A stretch of DNA of 64,000 bases from Anaerolineaceae bacterium (GCA_020634135.1 JACKCG010000007.1:81550-145549), one strand, 5' to 3'; numbered from the stretch's first letter, positions 1 through 9,869 are shown. Translations and numbers: made by a program. Notes: a model not told the origin generated them from the letters alone.

Positions 1-854
1 GCGCGGTTAAGGCCGGAGCGTTCGACTTGAGCGCCGCCTGTTCCGGTTTTGTATATGGGGTGGAGATGGCAACGCAGGCTATTCGCTCCGGCAGCATTAC
101 AACGGCGGTGGTGATCGGTTCAGAGACAATGAGCCGTATTCTGGATTGGCAGGATCGCTCAACCTGCATCCTTTTTGGCGATGGCGCGGGCGCAGTGGTA
201 CTGCGTGCCAGCAGCAGCCCAGGCGGGGTTCTTTCTGCCGTGCTGCGCTCCGATGGCTCAGGCGCTGACATGCTCTCGATACCCACTGTAGGAAGCGAGG
301 ACTTATCCAACTCCTACTTTCTGGCAAGCGAACATCGCATGTTCAAGATGTACATGAACGGCAGTGAAGTGTTCAAATTTGCGACTCGCGTAATTGGGGA
401 AAGCATCCTGGAGGCGCTGCATAAAGCAGGCCTGACACTCAGCGACGTATCGTTAGTTGTCCCCCACCAGGCGAATGCCCGCATCATCCAATCTGCAGCG
501 CGCGCTTTGAAGCTGGATGCGGATCGTTTTGTCAGTAACCTCGATCGTTATGGCAACACATCGGCAGCCTCGATACCGATTGCCTTATGCGAGGCTATTG
601 AACAAGGGCGCATCAAAGAAAATGACAACCTGGTGTTCGTTGGTTTCGGTGGAGGACTGACCTGGGCAGCAATGGTTCTGCAATGGGGTGTCCCCCCGGC
701 CATAGAGGGTTTTGCCGGGAGCCGGATCAAACGCCAGCGCCGCCGCGCCAGCTACTTCCTGGCGAGATGGGGAATTCGCTTACAACGATGGGGGCGCACA
801 ATCAATCGATTCACTAACCGGTTGTTGGGGCGCAGCGAACAGCACGAAGATTGA
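1..854 (+). CDS. fabH: 3-oxoacyl-ACP synthase III (FabH), 5'-truncated by the window edge, with a ~55-aa basic C-terminal extension
   Basis: Frame is open from nt 3. Carries AFDLSAACSGF (active-site Cys), VPHQAN (His), GNTSAAS (Asn) and GFGGGLTW motifs. The ORF-track start at 27 is an internal TTG. Confidence 0.9.
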   Translation, partial: AVKAGAFDLSAACSGFVYGVEMATQAIRSGSITTAVVIGSETMSRILDWQDRSTCILFGDGAGAVVLRASSSPGGVLSAVLRSDGSGADMLSIPTVGSEDLSNSYFLASEHRMFKMYMNGSEVFKFATRVIGESILEALHKAGLTLSDVSLVVPHQANARIIQSAARALKLDADRFVSNLDRYGNTSAASIPIALCEAIEQGRIKENDNLVFVGFGGGLTWAAMVLQWGVPPAIEGFAGSRIKRQRRRASYFLARWGIRLQRWGRTINRFTNRLLGRSEQHED

Positions 855-980
855 AATAAGATCAGACCGCTGTCGTGATTTAACCGGCGGCGGTTTTTGA
901 TTCCACAGATTGACCGAAACTTTTGGCTGTTTTCGCCGTCGTTATAGGTGACGCCGATCTAATTGTATTGAGGGAGTACG

Positions 981-2579
981 ATGGAGCGACGATTTATCTT
1001 GCCTGAACTCGGCTCTGCACAAATATCTATCACCTGGCCGGCGATGCTGGTCCGGGTATATCAGCGGTTAGCATCTACGCGCTATAGTGTGTTTACAAGA
1101 GGCATCGTGCTTTACCTGTTGTGCGCCTCGGTATTAAGTCTCATTATTTTTGTGACACCTGCACTGTTGGGCACAGACGATTACTATCATGTCCGGATAG
1201 CGACGCAGATTATTGAACAAGGCAAACTACGGGTGGATTTCCCCTGGTTGCCCAATACACTTCTCAATCCTGAGGATTTTGTAGACCATCATCTGCTCTA
1301 TCACCTGTATGTTGCCCCTTGGGCATTTGCAGGTGGCATCAATGGCGCTAAGTTAGCCGCCGTGAGCATCGCGGCGGGGGTTTTTGTAGCAACCTGGATA
1401 CTGTTACGTGGAGTCAACGTAAATGCGGCTTCACTCTGGACACTTGCGCTGTTCGGAGTTTCTACACCCTTTCTGTATCGTCTCCTGATGATTCGCACCC
1501 AGGGGATGGCACTCTTGCTGTTAATCCTGGCACTGCATGTGCTTTTTCAGCGGCGCTATCGCTGGTTAATCCCGCTGGCTTTCGCCTATACATGGTTGTA
1601 CAACGGGTTCGTACTCATCATCGCATTTTCAGCTTTGTATATGCTGGGTAAATGGCTGACAACACGCCAATACGATTGGCGTCCCGTTGCATATACGATC
1701 CTCGGTGTCGGGCTGGGGCTGGTCATCAACCCTTATTTTCCGCAAAACATCCTGTTTGCAATCGAACATCTGGGCGCTAAGGTTGATTTAGGAAGCAGCG
1801 TCCGGGTTGGAAACGAATGGTATCCCTATACAACGGAGGCGCTGCTGAACAACTCAACCGGGGCGCTGATCCTGCTGACTGTCGGACTGCTCCACATGAG
1901 TTTTGATTGGCGACAACGCGATACTGTTGATAACACACTCCTGCTGACAGCTTTCGTCACATTGTTCATGGTCTTTCAATCGCGGCGTTTCATTGAATAT
2001 TTCCCTGCATTCGCGCTGCTGTTCAGCGCAGCGGCTTGGGGACGAAGCGGCCTTTCCGACCAACGGATACAGACTCAAGCAAGTCGCTTTCAGCGCCAGA
2101 TCACACTCATTATTGTGCTAATAATCGGCAGCATTTTTATCAGAAATACGGTGATCAATGTGTACCGGGACGCACAGGCCGCGAAAGATGTCGAAACATT
2201 TGCCGGGGCAGCAGCCTGGCTGGAGGAGAATACCGCGCAGGGGAGTCTGGTTTTCCAGACGGATTGGGATGATTTTACCCGGCTATTTTACTATAACACG
2301 CACAATACATATCTTGTTGGCCTTGACCCCACCTACCTGCAACTGGCACGCCCAGACCTGTGGAATCAATGGGTGGCACTCACCCGAGGGCAGATTGCGC
2401 AGCCCTCTCGCATGATCTATGAGAACTTTGGGGCGGAATATGTTGTCAGTGATTCCAATCATGCCGGATTCGTTGACCAGACACGCAGCGACCCGGCGCT
2501 GGAATTGGTGTTTCGGGATGCATATAGTTATATTTGGCAGGTACAATTGGATCAATTAGCTCGAAATCCGGCGTCCTGA
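981..2579 (+). CDS. Polytopic membrane protein, GT-C-fold glycosyltransferase-like
   Basis: 532 aa with more than 10 hydrophobic segments. A DDYYH acidic motif lies in the first extracytoplasmic loop after TM1, and there is a soluble C-terminal domain. No specific family recognised. Confidence 0.55.
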   Translation: MERRFILPELGSAQISITWPAMLVRVYQRLASTRYSVFTRGIVLYLLCASVLSLIIFVTPALLGTDDYYHVRIATQIIEQGKLRVDFPWLPNTLLNPEDFVDHHLLYHLYVAPWAFAGGINGAKLAAVSIAAGVFVATWILLRGVNVNAASLWTLALFGVSTPFLYRLLMIRTQGMALLLLILALHVLFQRRYRWLIPLAFAYTWLYNGFVLIIAFSALYMLGKWLTTRQYDWRPVAYTILGVGLGLVINPYFPQNILFAIEHLGAKVDLGSSVRVGNEWYPYTTEALLNNSTGALILLTVGLLHMSFDWRQRDTVDNTLLLTAFVTLFMVFQSRRFIEYFPAFALLFSAAAWGRSGLSDQRIQTQASRFQRQITLIIVLIIGSIFIRNTVINVYRDAQAAKDVETFAGAAAWLEENTAQGSLVFQTDWDDFTRLFYYNTHNTYLVGLDPTYLQLARPDLWNQWVALTRGQIAQPSRMIYENFGAEYVVSDSNHAGFVDQTRSDPALELVFRDAYSYIWQVQLDQLARNPAS

Positions 2580-2670
2580 TACATGAAAGATGCCTGGTAT
2601 AAGAGACCACTCAGTCATGACCAGACCATGTATCGTGTGAAGCAGAATACCCTATCCTGGCGGTAGATTT

Positions 2671-3252
2671 ATGATTGTACTTGTTCTTCCTGATATACCG
2701 GCTGAAGACCGGTTGTTAGCTCAAGCAAGAAGGGGAAATCAACAGGCGACCATGCGAATATATGAAGCCTACTTCCCTCCCATATACCAGTTTATCCGGC
2801 TACGTGTGGGTGATCCACACGCGGCGGAAGATCTGGCGAGTGATGTATTCGTTAAGTTTGTAACAGCGCTGCGCGGCAAAAATGCGCCAAGCCATAGTTT
2901 ACGAGGGTGGCTCTTTCGAGTCGCACGAAACACGATTGCCGATTATTACGGCAAAGAGAAGCAAGTCGCTACCGAAACGTTGGAAGATTGGGTGCCAGCA
3001 TTGGATGATGACAATCCGGAGTCGCAATTCATGCGCACGTTAGATATTGAGCGTGCGAGACAAGCGATGCGCATGTTAGCGGCAGAACAGCAGGAAGTCC
3101 TCATCTTGCGCTTCGGGCAGCTGTTGAGTCTTCAAGAGACAGCCGATGTAATGAATAAGACAATCAGCGCCGTGAAATCCTTACAATTCCGAGCAGTGGA
3201 TACACTCCGACGCATTCTTGGCGAAATGCAACTGGAAAACCAGCATGATTGA
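2671..3252 (+). CDS. ECF-type RNA polymerase sigma-70 family factor
   Basis: Region 2 motif (IYQFIRLRVGDPHAAEDLASDVFVKF...WLFRVARNTIADYY) and region 4 HTH (LSLQETADVMNKTISAVKSLQFRA). Confidence 0.9.
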   Translation: MIVLVLPDIPAEDRLLAQARRGNQQATMRIYEAYFPPIYQFIRLRVGDPHAAEDLASDVFVKFVTALRGKNAPSHSLRGWLFRVARNTIADYYGKEKQVATETLEDWVPALDDDNPESQFMRTLDIERARQAMRMLAAEQQEVLILRFGQLLSLQETADVMNKTISAVKSLQFRAVDTLRRILGEMQLENQHD

Positions 3253-4549
3253 AAAAGAATTGGTAAACATCTTCAACGAGTGTGTTGACCGGCTGGCCGC
3301 TGGGCAGACGATAGAAGATTGTTTGCGACAATACCCCCAATACGCCACACAATTGCGGCCTATGCTGGAAGTCGGGATGCTGACACGGCGGGTTGTGCCG
3401 CCTGCCACCGAGGTCATGGCGGCACAAGGCAGGGTACGCCAGCGCATCGAAACATTGGTACAGACGATGCCACCACAACGTCAACCCGTTCATCTGTTCA
3501 CCCAGCGGATCGCAACACTGGCAGCCAGTCTGGTACTCGTCTTCCTGATTGCAGTGGGCGGCGGTGCGACACTGGCCCAGGATAGTCTGCCCGGCGATTT
3601 ACTGTATGGCATGAAGCTGCTTACCGAAAATGTGCGTCTGGCTGTTTCGCCGGATGTCCCGGGGTTGACGGCTGAGTTCAACCAGCGGCGCGTAGATGAA
3701 GCCCGCCAGCTCATTACGTTTAAGCGCGAAGCAGAACTCGCGTTCGAAGGGTCTGTCACTGTCATAGATGCCAATACCTGGGAAATTGCCGGACTTCCCG
3801 TGAATATCCCGGCGGGGCTGGCGGCACAGGTTCAGACTGGTGACAAGGTGCGTGTCCGGGTGGAAACCACCAATAACGGTGAGATTCATGTGGTGGAGAT
3901 CATCGAAACGGAACACCTGGCGCCACCTGCGACACCGACTTCCCTGCCGACAGTTGTACCGAGTCAAACGCCCAGCCATACACCGACGGCGACCTTAACG
4001 GTGACATCCAGTCACACGCCAGCGCCTACAGAGACACCCAGCAGCACGCCAACAGCAACGGTGACGGTGACATCCAGCCACACACCGAGTCGCACGCCAA
4101 CGCCTACAGAGACACCCAGCAGCACGCCAACGCCAACGGTGACGAAAACACCACCAAGCACCCGAACGCCGTTCTTGCTGGTGACAAATACCTTTGCGCC
4201 AAGTCAGACGCCATCGCCAACACCCGAAATCTGTGTGCCGCAGCGCCCTGACCGCTGGCAGACTTACAGGGTACAAGCAGGCGATACATTATCTGGGTTG
4301 GCGGCTTCTCGCGGAGTACTCTTAAATCAGGTGATGGAGGTCAATTGCCTGGTAGATGCCGGATTCATCGTCGTCGGTCAGGAACTCTTTCTTCCAGTGC
4401 CGCTGGCAACTGTCGTGCCGCCATCTTCAGGTGATAATGGTCAGCCCGGAAACGGGTCGGACAGCGGCAACAATAACGGCGGGAATGGCAATTCTAACGA
4501 CAATGACAATGATAATGACGACGACCATAAAAACGATAATGACGACTGA
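3245..4549 (+). CDS. Anti-sigma-factor-like membrane protein with PT-rich repeat linker, LysM domain and Asn/Asp-rich tail
   Basis: ATG at 3245 overlaps the sigma stop by 8 bp (the ORF-track start at 3218 is less likely). Has one TM (IATLAASLVLVFLIAV) and a LysM-like YRVQAGDTLSGLAASRGVLLNQVMEVN...GQELFLP segment. Position is directly downstream of an ECF sigma gene. Confidence 0.7.
   Translation: MIEKELVNIFNECVDRLAAGQTIEDCLRQYPQYATQLRPMLEVGMLTRRVVPPATEVMAAQGRVRQRIETLVQTMPPQRQPVHLFTQRIATLAASLVLVFLIAVGGGATLAQDSLPGDLLYGMKLLTENVRLAVSPDVPGLTAEFNQRRVDEARQLITFKREAELAFEGSVTVIDANTWEIAGLPVNIPAGLAAQVQTGDKVRVRVETTNNGEIHVVEIIETEHLAPPATPTSLPTVVPSQTPSHTPTATLTVTSSHTPAPTETPSSTPTATVTVTSSHTPSRTPTPTETPSSTPTPTVTKTPPSTRTPFLLVTNTFAPSQTPSPTPEICVPQRPDRWQTYRVQAGDTLSGLAASRGVLLNQVMEVNCLVDAGFIVVGQELFLPVPLATVVPPSSGDNGQPGNGSDSGNNNGGNGNSNDNDNDNDDDHKNDNDD
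3998..4150 (+). repeat. Imperfect in-frame tandem repeat (units ~60 and ~78 bp) encoding the T/P/S-rich linker
   Basis: ACGGTGAC(GGTGAC)ATCCAG(T/C)CACAC...CCTACAGAGACACCCAGCAGCACGCCAAC recurs at ~3998 and ~4058, and partially at ~4136. Confidence 0.7.
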
Positions 4550-4574
4550 CGGGCGCGACATTACCTGAAATAAA

Positions 4575-4614
4575 AACAACCCAACGCTAACATAAGGTTG
4601 GGTTGTTTCGTTTT
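4575..4614. terminator. Rho-independent terminator between convergent genes
   Basis: AACAACCCAAC (4575-4585) pairs with GTTGGGTTGTT (4598-4608). It is followed by TTCGTTTT and preceded by an A-run, so it could act on both strands. Confidence 0.7.
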
Positions 4615-4632
4615 GACTACACGAACAGCCGC

Positions 4633-5319
4633 TTAACGGCGGCGGTTGAGAAGGCTGATGTAATACAGCAATTGCAATAATGCGGTTACGGCTGCCGCCA
4701 CATACGTCAGCGCCGCTGCGGTCAGTACCGAACGCGACCCGCTGCGGTCTTCATCCGCGACCATCAAGCCAGTATCGGTCAGCAGCTTGATACCCCGGCG
4801 GCTGGCGTCAATCTCAACCGGCAGCGTGAGCAGCATAAACGCCACCACTACACCATAAAACAGGATGCCAATTTCAATTAGCCCGACCATACGGAATAGG
4901 AAACCGGCCATTATCAAGCCATAAGACACCATTGGGCTGAACCGCATCGCCGGCACAAGAAAACCGCGCATCTGAATGAGGAACGAGCGCTCTTCATGCT
5001 GCTGGGCATGGCCGAGTTCGTGAGCGACCACAGCCATCGCCGCCACTGAAGGCTTGCTTGCTACGTCCTGTGACAGGCGCACTGTGTGTGACTGGGGATC
5101 GTAGTGGTCAGTATGTTGCCCCTGTATGCCTTCAAGCCGAACGCCGGCCAACCCGGAATACCGTTTGATGCGCTCAGCAACTTCGACACCGGTCAAGCCC
5201 GCACCATTACGAATGCGTCCCCATTTACTGAAAGCTGACGACACCATGATCTGCGCGACCACCGAGAAAAGCAGCGCCGGTATAATCACCAAGAAATAGT
5301 TAGGGTCGAAGTAAAACAT
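4633..5319 (-). CDS. Membrane zinc metallopeptidase (YugP-like, Zn_peptidase_2 family)
   Basis: HELGHAQQH zincin motif. The N-terminal FDPNYFLVIIPALLFS TM segment and the C-terminal TMs are typical of this family. Confidence 0.85.
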   Translation of the reverse strand: MFYFDPNYFLVIIPALLFSVVAQIMVSSAFSKWGRIRNGAGLTGVEVAERIKRYSGLAGVRLEGIQGQHTDHYDPQSHTVRLSQDVASKPSVAAMAVVAHELGHAQQHEERSFLIQMRGFLVPAMRFSPMVSYGLIMAGFLFRMVGLIEIGILFYGVVVAFMLLTLPVEIDASRRGIKLLTDTGLMVADEDRSGSRSVLTAAALTYVAAAVTALLQLLYYISLLNRRR

Positions 5320-5407
5320 CCCATTATCCTTCCAGAATCAGTTACAGCTACACTTCAAATATATACGAAATATAGTTGGAGTCGTCTTAGAAATTTCTCA
5401 ATGCCCG

Positions 5408-6310
5408 CTAAATATGGGGGATGGATGCCACCCCACCGAGCAGATCTGTCAGCCCATCACGGGTATTGAGTTCATTCGGAAGCAGACAGTTATCAATCAG
5501 GCGCGTCAAACCAATCTTTACAGCCATCGAGACCAGCAGCGGCATATCACCGGTAGTTGTGCTGTTTTGCAGCGTGCGGGCGTCGCACACCGAGACATAC
5601 TCGATCTGTGCCAGCGGTTCCGTGGTCAATACATCCAACACGCACTGCTGAAGAGAATCTGGTCGCCGCTCCCCGTCGGCGTAGGCTTTGCCTGCGGCCT
5701 GTAATGCCCGGTACAACACGGGCGCGGCCCGCCGTTGTTCAGGGGTTAGGTATACATTGCGCGAACTCATCGCCAATCCGTCAGACTCGCGCACCGTTGG
5801 GCAGATGATTACCTCAAGCGGAAAATTCAGGTCACGCGCCATCGTTCTAATCACAGCCGCTTGCTGGGCGTCTTTCTGGCCGAAGTAAGCGCGATCTGCC
5901 TGCGCCAGGTTGAACAGTTTCGCAACCACCGTTGCCACACCCTGGAAGTGCCCAGGGCGGTGTTCCCCTTCCAGTCCCTGGGAAATTTCCGTCACCTCCA
6001 CCACAGTCTGAAAACCGGGCGGATACATCACCTGGGGAACTGGTGTAAAGACCAGGTCAACGCTGGCAGCCTCAAGCATTGCCAGGTCGCGTGGCAGATC
6101 ACGCGGGTATTTCGAGAGGTCCTCATGGGGCGCGAACTGTGTCGGATTGACGAATATCGTGACGAGAACCGCGTCGTTTTCGGCACGCGCCTGTTCGACC
6201 AGAGCAAGGTGCCCGGCGTGCAGTGCCCCCATGGTCGTCACCAGACCGACCCGCCCATCCAGCGCCGCACGCGCCGCACGCAGCGCCGGGACTGTTTCGA
6301 CAACTTGCAT
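5408..6310 (-). CDS. panC: Pantoate--beta-alanine ligase
   Basis: VTTMGALHAGHLALV (HxGH), FVNPTQF and YFGQKDAQQ motifs. Adjacent to panB. Confidence 0.93.
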   Translation of the reverse strand: MQVVETVPALRAARAALDGRVGLVTTMGALHAGHLALVEQARAENDAVLVTIFVNPTQFAPHEDLSKYPRDLPRDLAMLEAASVDLVFTPVPQVMYPPGFQTVVEVTEISQGLEGEHRPGHFQGVATVVAKLFNLAQADRAYFGQKDAQQAAVIRTMARDLNFPLEVIICPTVRESDGLAMSSRNVYLTPEQRRAAPVLYRALQAAGKAYADGERRPDSLQQCVLDVLTTEPLAQIEYVSVCDARTLQNSTTTGDMPLLVSMAVKIGLTRLIDNCLLPNELNTRDGLTDLLGGVASIPHI

Positions 6311-6315
6311 CTGGG

Positions 6316-7155
6316 TTACACCTCTTCCGCCCGCAGTGCCGCCAGAATGTCCTCTTTCATGGAAAAACTGTGGTCTTCATCCGGGAATTGCCTACCCTCG
6401 ACCTCCGCGACATAGCTGCTGATGGCATCACGGATCAACGGTGCGAGCTGGATATACTGCTTAGCGTGGCGCGGCACGAATTCCTCAAACAACCCCAGGA
6501 GGTCATGAAACACCTGCACCTGCCCATCGCAATCCGCCCCTGCCCCGATACCAATTGTCGGGATCACCAACTTTTCGGTAACGATTTTTGCCAACGGCGC
6601 GGGAATCGCCTCCAGAACAATCGCAAAGGCTCCGGCATCCTGCACGGCCTTCGCATCACGCAAGACCTGGCGTGCCGATTCCACATCCTTACCCTGCAAA
6701 CGCATTCCGCCTAGTTTGTTTACACTCTGGGGAGTCAGCCCGACATGACCCATCACCGGGATGCCAGACTGGACAATACGGGCAATAGTTGGCGCGAGAT
6801 ACTCACCACCTTCCATCTTGACGGCATTCACCCGCCCCTCCTGCATCAACCGGGCAGCATTATGAATCGCCTGCTCTGGGCTGACATTGTAGGACATGAA
6901 TGGCATATCGCCTACCACAAAGGGACGAGTCGTCACCCGCATCACAATCTGGCAGTGATAGATAATGTGCTCCAGTGTCACCGGGATCGGGTCAGGATGC
7001 CCCTGCACCACCATCCCCAACGAGTCCCCTACCAGGATCATTGGCACACCGGCAAGATCACTCAGTCGGGCGCTGGTCGCGTCATAGGCCGTCAGCATGG
7101 GAATTGGAATACTATCCGCCACCATTTTCTGAATATCCCGAATCGTCAAACGCAT
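6316..7155 (-). CDS. panB: 3-methyl-2-oxobutanoate hydroxymethyltransferase
   Basis: MLTAYDATSARL, LVGDSLGMVVQGH, VKMEGG and GHVGLTPQS motifs. Confidence 0.93.
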   Translation of the reverse strand: MRLTIRDIQKMVADSIPIPMLTAYDATSARLSDLAGVPMILVGDSLGMVVQGHPDPIPVTLEHIIYHCQIVMRVTTRPFVVGDMPFMSYNVSPEQAIHNAARLMQEGRVNAVKMEGGEYLAPTIARIVQSGIPVMGHVGLTPQSVNKLGGMRLQGKDVESARQVLRDAKAVQDAGAFAIVLEAIPAPLAKIVTEKLVIPTIGIGAGADCDGQVQVFHDLLGLFEEFVPRHAKQYIQLAPLIRDAISSYVAEVEGRQFPDEDHSFSMKEDILAALRAEEV

Positions 7156-7167
7156 ACCTATCCCTCT

Positions 7168-8040
7168 TTATCTCAGGTCCAATACCTGTTCAATGGCTTC
7201 CAATTCAACGCCTCGCGCCGCCAACATGGGCAGCGTTAACCGCGCCAACTGCAAATACAACGCTGCAATATCTGAATCCAGTTCCCGGAGCGCAGCCAGA
7301 TGTAGCCGGACTGTCCCCGCATCGCCCCGTACCAGCGGGCCGGTCAGCGCCGCTGGTATCCCCTGCTGCCGCAAATTCTGGGCAGTAGCACGCACCAATG
7401 GATTCAACGCCCGATCAGCCGTTACAACATCTGCGCCCAGGCCTGTCAAAATCTGTTCGGCCAGGCTGTAGAGTGTTACGGCATAGTTGCTGGCAATCAC
7501 TAAGGCTGCATGATAAACCGCTTTCTTGCCTGGCGGTATAACCAATACCTGCCCATCCAACCGATGCACCAGTTCCACCAGCCAGGTTCGCAGTGGAGCC
7601 ATCTCGGCTTCCACCGCAAATGTGGAGCCGGGGAGATTCGTGACAGCCGTTTCTATATCCGCAAACGGAAACGCTGGATGCAAACTGCCAACCATCGCGC
7701 CACGAGCCGCCAGCGCCGCCAGACTGCCAGCATCATGCACGCCTGAAGTATGCACGACACCTTTTCCCTGTAAATCCTTCAGATTCAAGCGATTGGCAAC
7801 CGTTTCGATAGCATCATCCGGCACGGCCAATACAGTTAAATCGGCCACCTCTAAGACATGATCGGGCGTATCACAGCAGACCATCGCGCCAACCTGCTCT
7901 GCCAGCGCCATTGCCCGAACCTCGGAACGACTGTAGATTCCGCGCACCTCACACCCGGCCTGGTGCCAGAGCCGCGCCAATACTGAGCCGACTTTACCGG
8001 CACCGATGATGCCAAGCGAAGGCAATCCAGAAGCATTCAT
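7168..8040 (-). CDS. Rossmann + DUF2520-type oxidoreductase, candidate ketopantoate reductase (PanG-like)
   Basis: GIIGAGKVGSVLA dinucleotide fold, HPAFPF, and a C-terminal LTGPLVRGDAGTVRLHLAAL signature. It is the first gene of the panB-panC operon. Confidence 0.65.
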   Translation of the reverse strand: MNASGLPSLGIIGAGKVGSVLARLWHQAGCEVRGIYSRSEVRAMALAEQVGAMVCCDTPDHVLEVADLTVLAVPDDAIETVANRLNLKDLQGKGVVHTSGVHDAGSLAALAARGAMVGSLHPAFPFADIETAVTNLPGSTFAVEAEMAPLRTWLVELVHRLDGQVLVIPPGKKAVYHAALVIASNYAVTLYSLAEQILTGLGADVVTADRALNPLVRATAQNLRQQGIPAALTGPLVRGDAGTVRLHLAALRELDSDIAALYLQLARLTLPMLAARGVELEAIEQVLDLR

Positions 8041-8041
8041 G

Positions 8042-8836
8042 TTATTGTCCCAATGGTGTCGGCGTTGGAATTGGCTCGCTGATCGTGATATTCACCGTGC
8101 AGGAAGCTGCCTGAGTCAACGTAATATCAAAAACAACTAAGCGAAACTGGTATTCCCCAGGCTGGTAAAACGCCGGAACAAACTGTCCCAACACACCGGT
8201 TTCCCGCACCGGTTGGTCATAATCGCGCGGGAGCGGCGCGAAGTTGCTGTTTTCCGCCTTCAGTTCCAGTCTGTAAAATGAGAAGTCATCCGCAAAGGCC
8301 GTACCGACGATATTGATCGGTTCGTGTACCAGCATCCCGTTCTGGGGCACTTGCAGCGTCGCATTGGGCATATCGCAGCCCACGACCGGCGGCGGATTCG
8401 GCAGAATCGTCCCGACAGGTGTGGGCGTTAAAGTAGGCGTGATCTGGATTCTGACAATATCTTCCTCACCCAGATTAATACCACTGGGGTCAATCGGAGA
8501 ACTCCCTTGCACAAAAGGTGCGGGAGTCGGGGTATCAAAACTACCATCTGCCACGATGCGCTCAATCGTCTGGGTTGTATCCAGAGAAGCGCGAACAGTA
8601 GGCGCAACAACTCGCTGGATGCCCAAAACGGCCAACCCCAGTTCCACCAGGAGAACAATCGTGGTCAGCGCATTGGCCCGGCTATACCGATAAATATCCC
8701 GCTCCAACTCAAAATGTGTCGCCCGCAGGGCGCGGCTGCTGCGCCGCCAGCTCAACCACGACACAAAGACACCAACCCCGACGAGGATATATAAACCGGG
8801 AGCGATCTGCTCAACAATGAAAACTAACGCCGTCAT
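8042..8836 (-). CDS. Hypothetical membrane-anchored protein with an extracytoplasmic beta-rich domain
   Basis: Two N-terminal hydrophobic segments, a PT-rich linker, and a 4-bp start/stop overlap with the upstream PNP gene. No family recognised. Confidence 0.55.
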   Translation of the reverse strand: MTALVFIVEQIAPGLYILVGVGVFVSWLSWRRSSRALRATHFELERDIYRYSRANALTTIVLLVELGLAVLGIQRVVAPTVRASLDTTQTIERIVADGSFDTPTPAPFVQGSSPIDPSGINLGEEDIVRIQITPTLTPTPVGTILPNPPPVVGCDMPNATLQVPQNGMLVHEPINIVGTAFADDFSFYRLELKAENSNFAPLPRDYDQPVRETGVLGQFVPAFYQPGEYQFRLVVFDITLTQAASCTVNITISEPIPTPTPLGQ

Positions 8837-9687
8837 GCTAGTGTCCGCACCACGCCTCGCAAAATAGTCGTCAACTTGGGAACAATTACTTTTCCAGCAT
8901 CCAACACTTCCTCATGGTTGGTATCCGTTTCGTGATCGGGGTCGTCTATCGCCTCATTGGTAATACCTGAAAAGGCCAGCACCCGCATACCTGCATGACG
9001 CGCCACCAATACTTCATGAGCGGTAGACATCCCTACGGCGTCTGCTCCCCAGATACGCAGCATCCGAATCTCCGCCGGCGTTTCATAGCTGGGGCCGGAC
9101 AGACACACGTAAACACCCTCATGAAGTTTGATTCCGGCCTCATCCGCGACCTGGTGGGCTAACCGCCGGAGGTCACGATCATAGGTATGAGTCATGCCAG
9201 GGAAACGCGGGCCGATGGACTCATCATTCGGCCCCATGAGCGGATTATTCCCGGTCATACCCACCAGGTTAATGTGATCGTTCAGCAACATAACATCACC
9301 GGTTCTGTACCCGGTATTCAGCCCGCCTGCCGCATTGGTCAGGATCAAGGTACGAACCCCAAGCAGTTGCATCACCCGAATTGGGAATGTCACCTGCTGC
9401 ATTGTATAACCTTCGTAGTAATGAGCGCGGCCACGTTGTGCTACCACCCAACATCCTTCCAACCGCCCGATAACCAGCTCGCCGCTATGGCCGACTACAG
9501 TTGACTGCGGCCAACCGGGGATTTCGGTGTACGGAATCGTCACAGCATCGGCGAGAGCATCGGCCAATCCCCCCAACCCTGACCCTAATACCAGGCCAAC
9601 CCCTGTTTGCTGTGCGGTGTAGCTGCGGATAACCGCAACTGCGTGTTCATAGTCTGCTTTGTCATACATCGTCATATCTTTCGTCAA
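8833..9687 (-). CDS. punA: Purine nucleoside phosphorylase (trimeric PunA type)
   Basis: LGSGLGGLAD, GHSGELVIG, RAHYYEG, LTNAAGGLN and GPSYETPAEIRMLRIWGADAVGMST motifs. Confidence 0.9.
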   Translation of the reverse strand: MTKDMTMYDKADYEHAVAVIRSYTAQQTGVGLVLGSGLGGLADALADAVTIPYTEIPGWPQSTVVGHSGELVIGRLEGCWVVAQRGRAHYYEGYTMQQVTFPIRVMQLLGVRTLILTNAAGGLNTGYRTGDVMLLNDHINLVGMTGNNPLMGPNDESIGPRFPGMTHTYDRDLRRLAHQVADEAGIKLHEGVYVCLSGPSYETPAEIRMLRIWGADAVGMSTAHEVLVARHAGMRVLAFSGITNEAIDDPDHETDTNHEEVLDAGKVIVPKLTTILRGVVRTLA

Positions 9688-9869
9688 TGTAGAAGAAACA
9701 CAATTATCCTCATTATAACCGATGCCAGCCGAAGAGGGTTAGTTGCGCTAGTCAACCCGCCGCAAAATGGGTAAACTGAGCGTGTTTTGACAATAGCCAG
9801 GTTCTTTAGCAATTTTAACAGCCATTGCGCCTACAATGAATACAAGGCAGGTTTTGGGCAGGAGCACCG

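Noticed and set aside
3998-4150. Possible CRISPR-like or intergenic tandem repeat
   Set aside because: The repeats are in frame within a CDS, imperfect and lack spacers. They encode a PT-rich linker.
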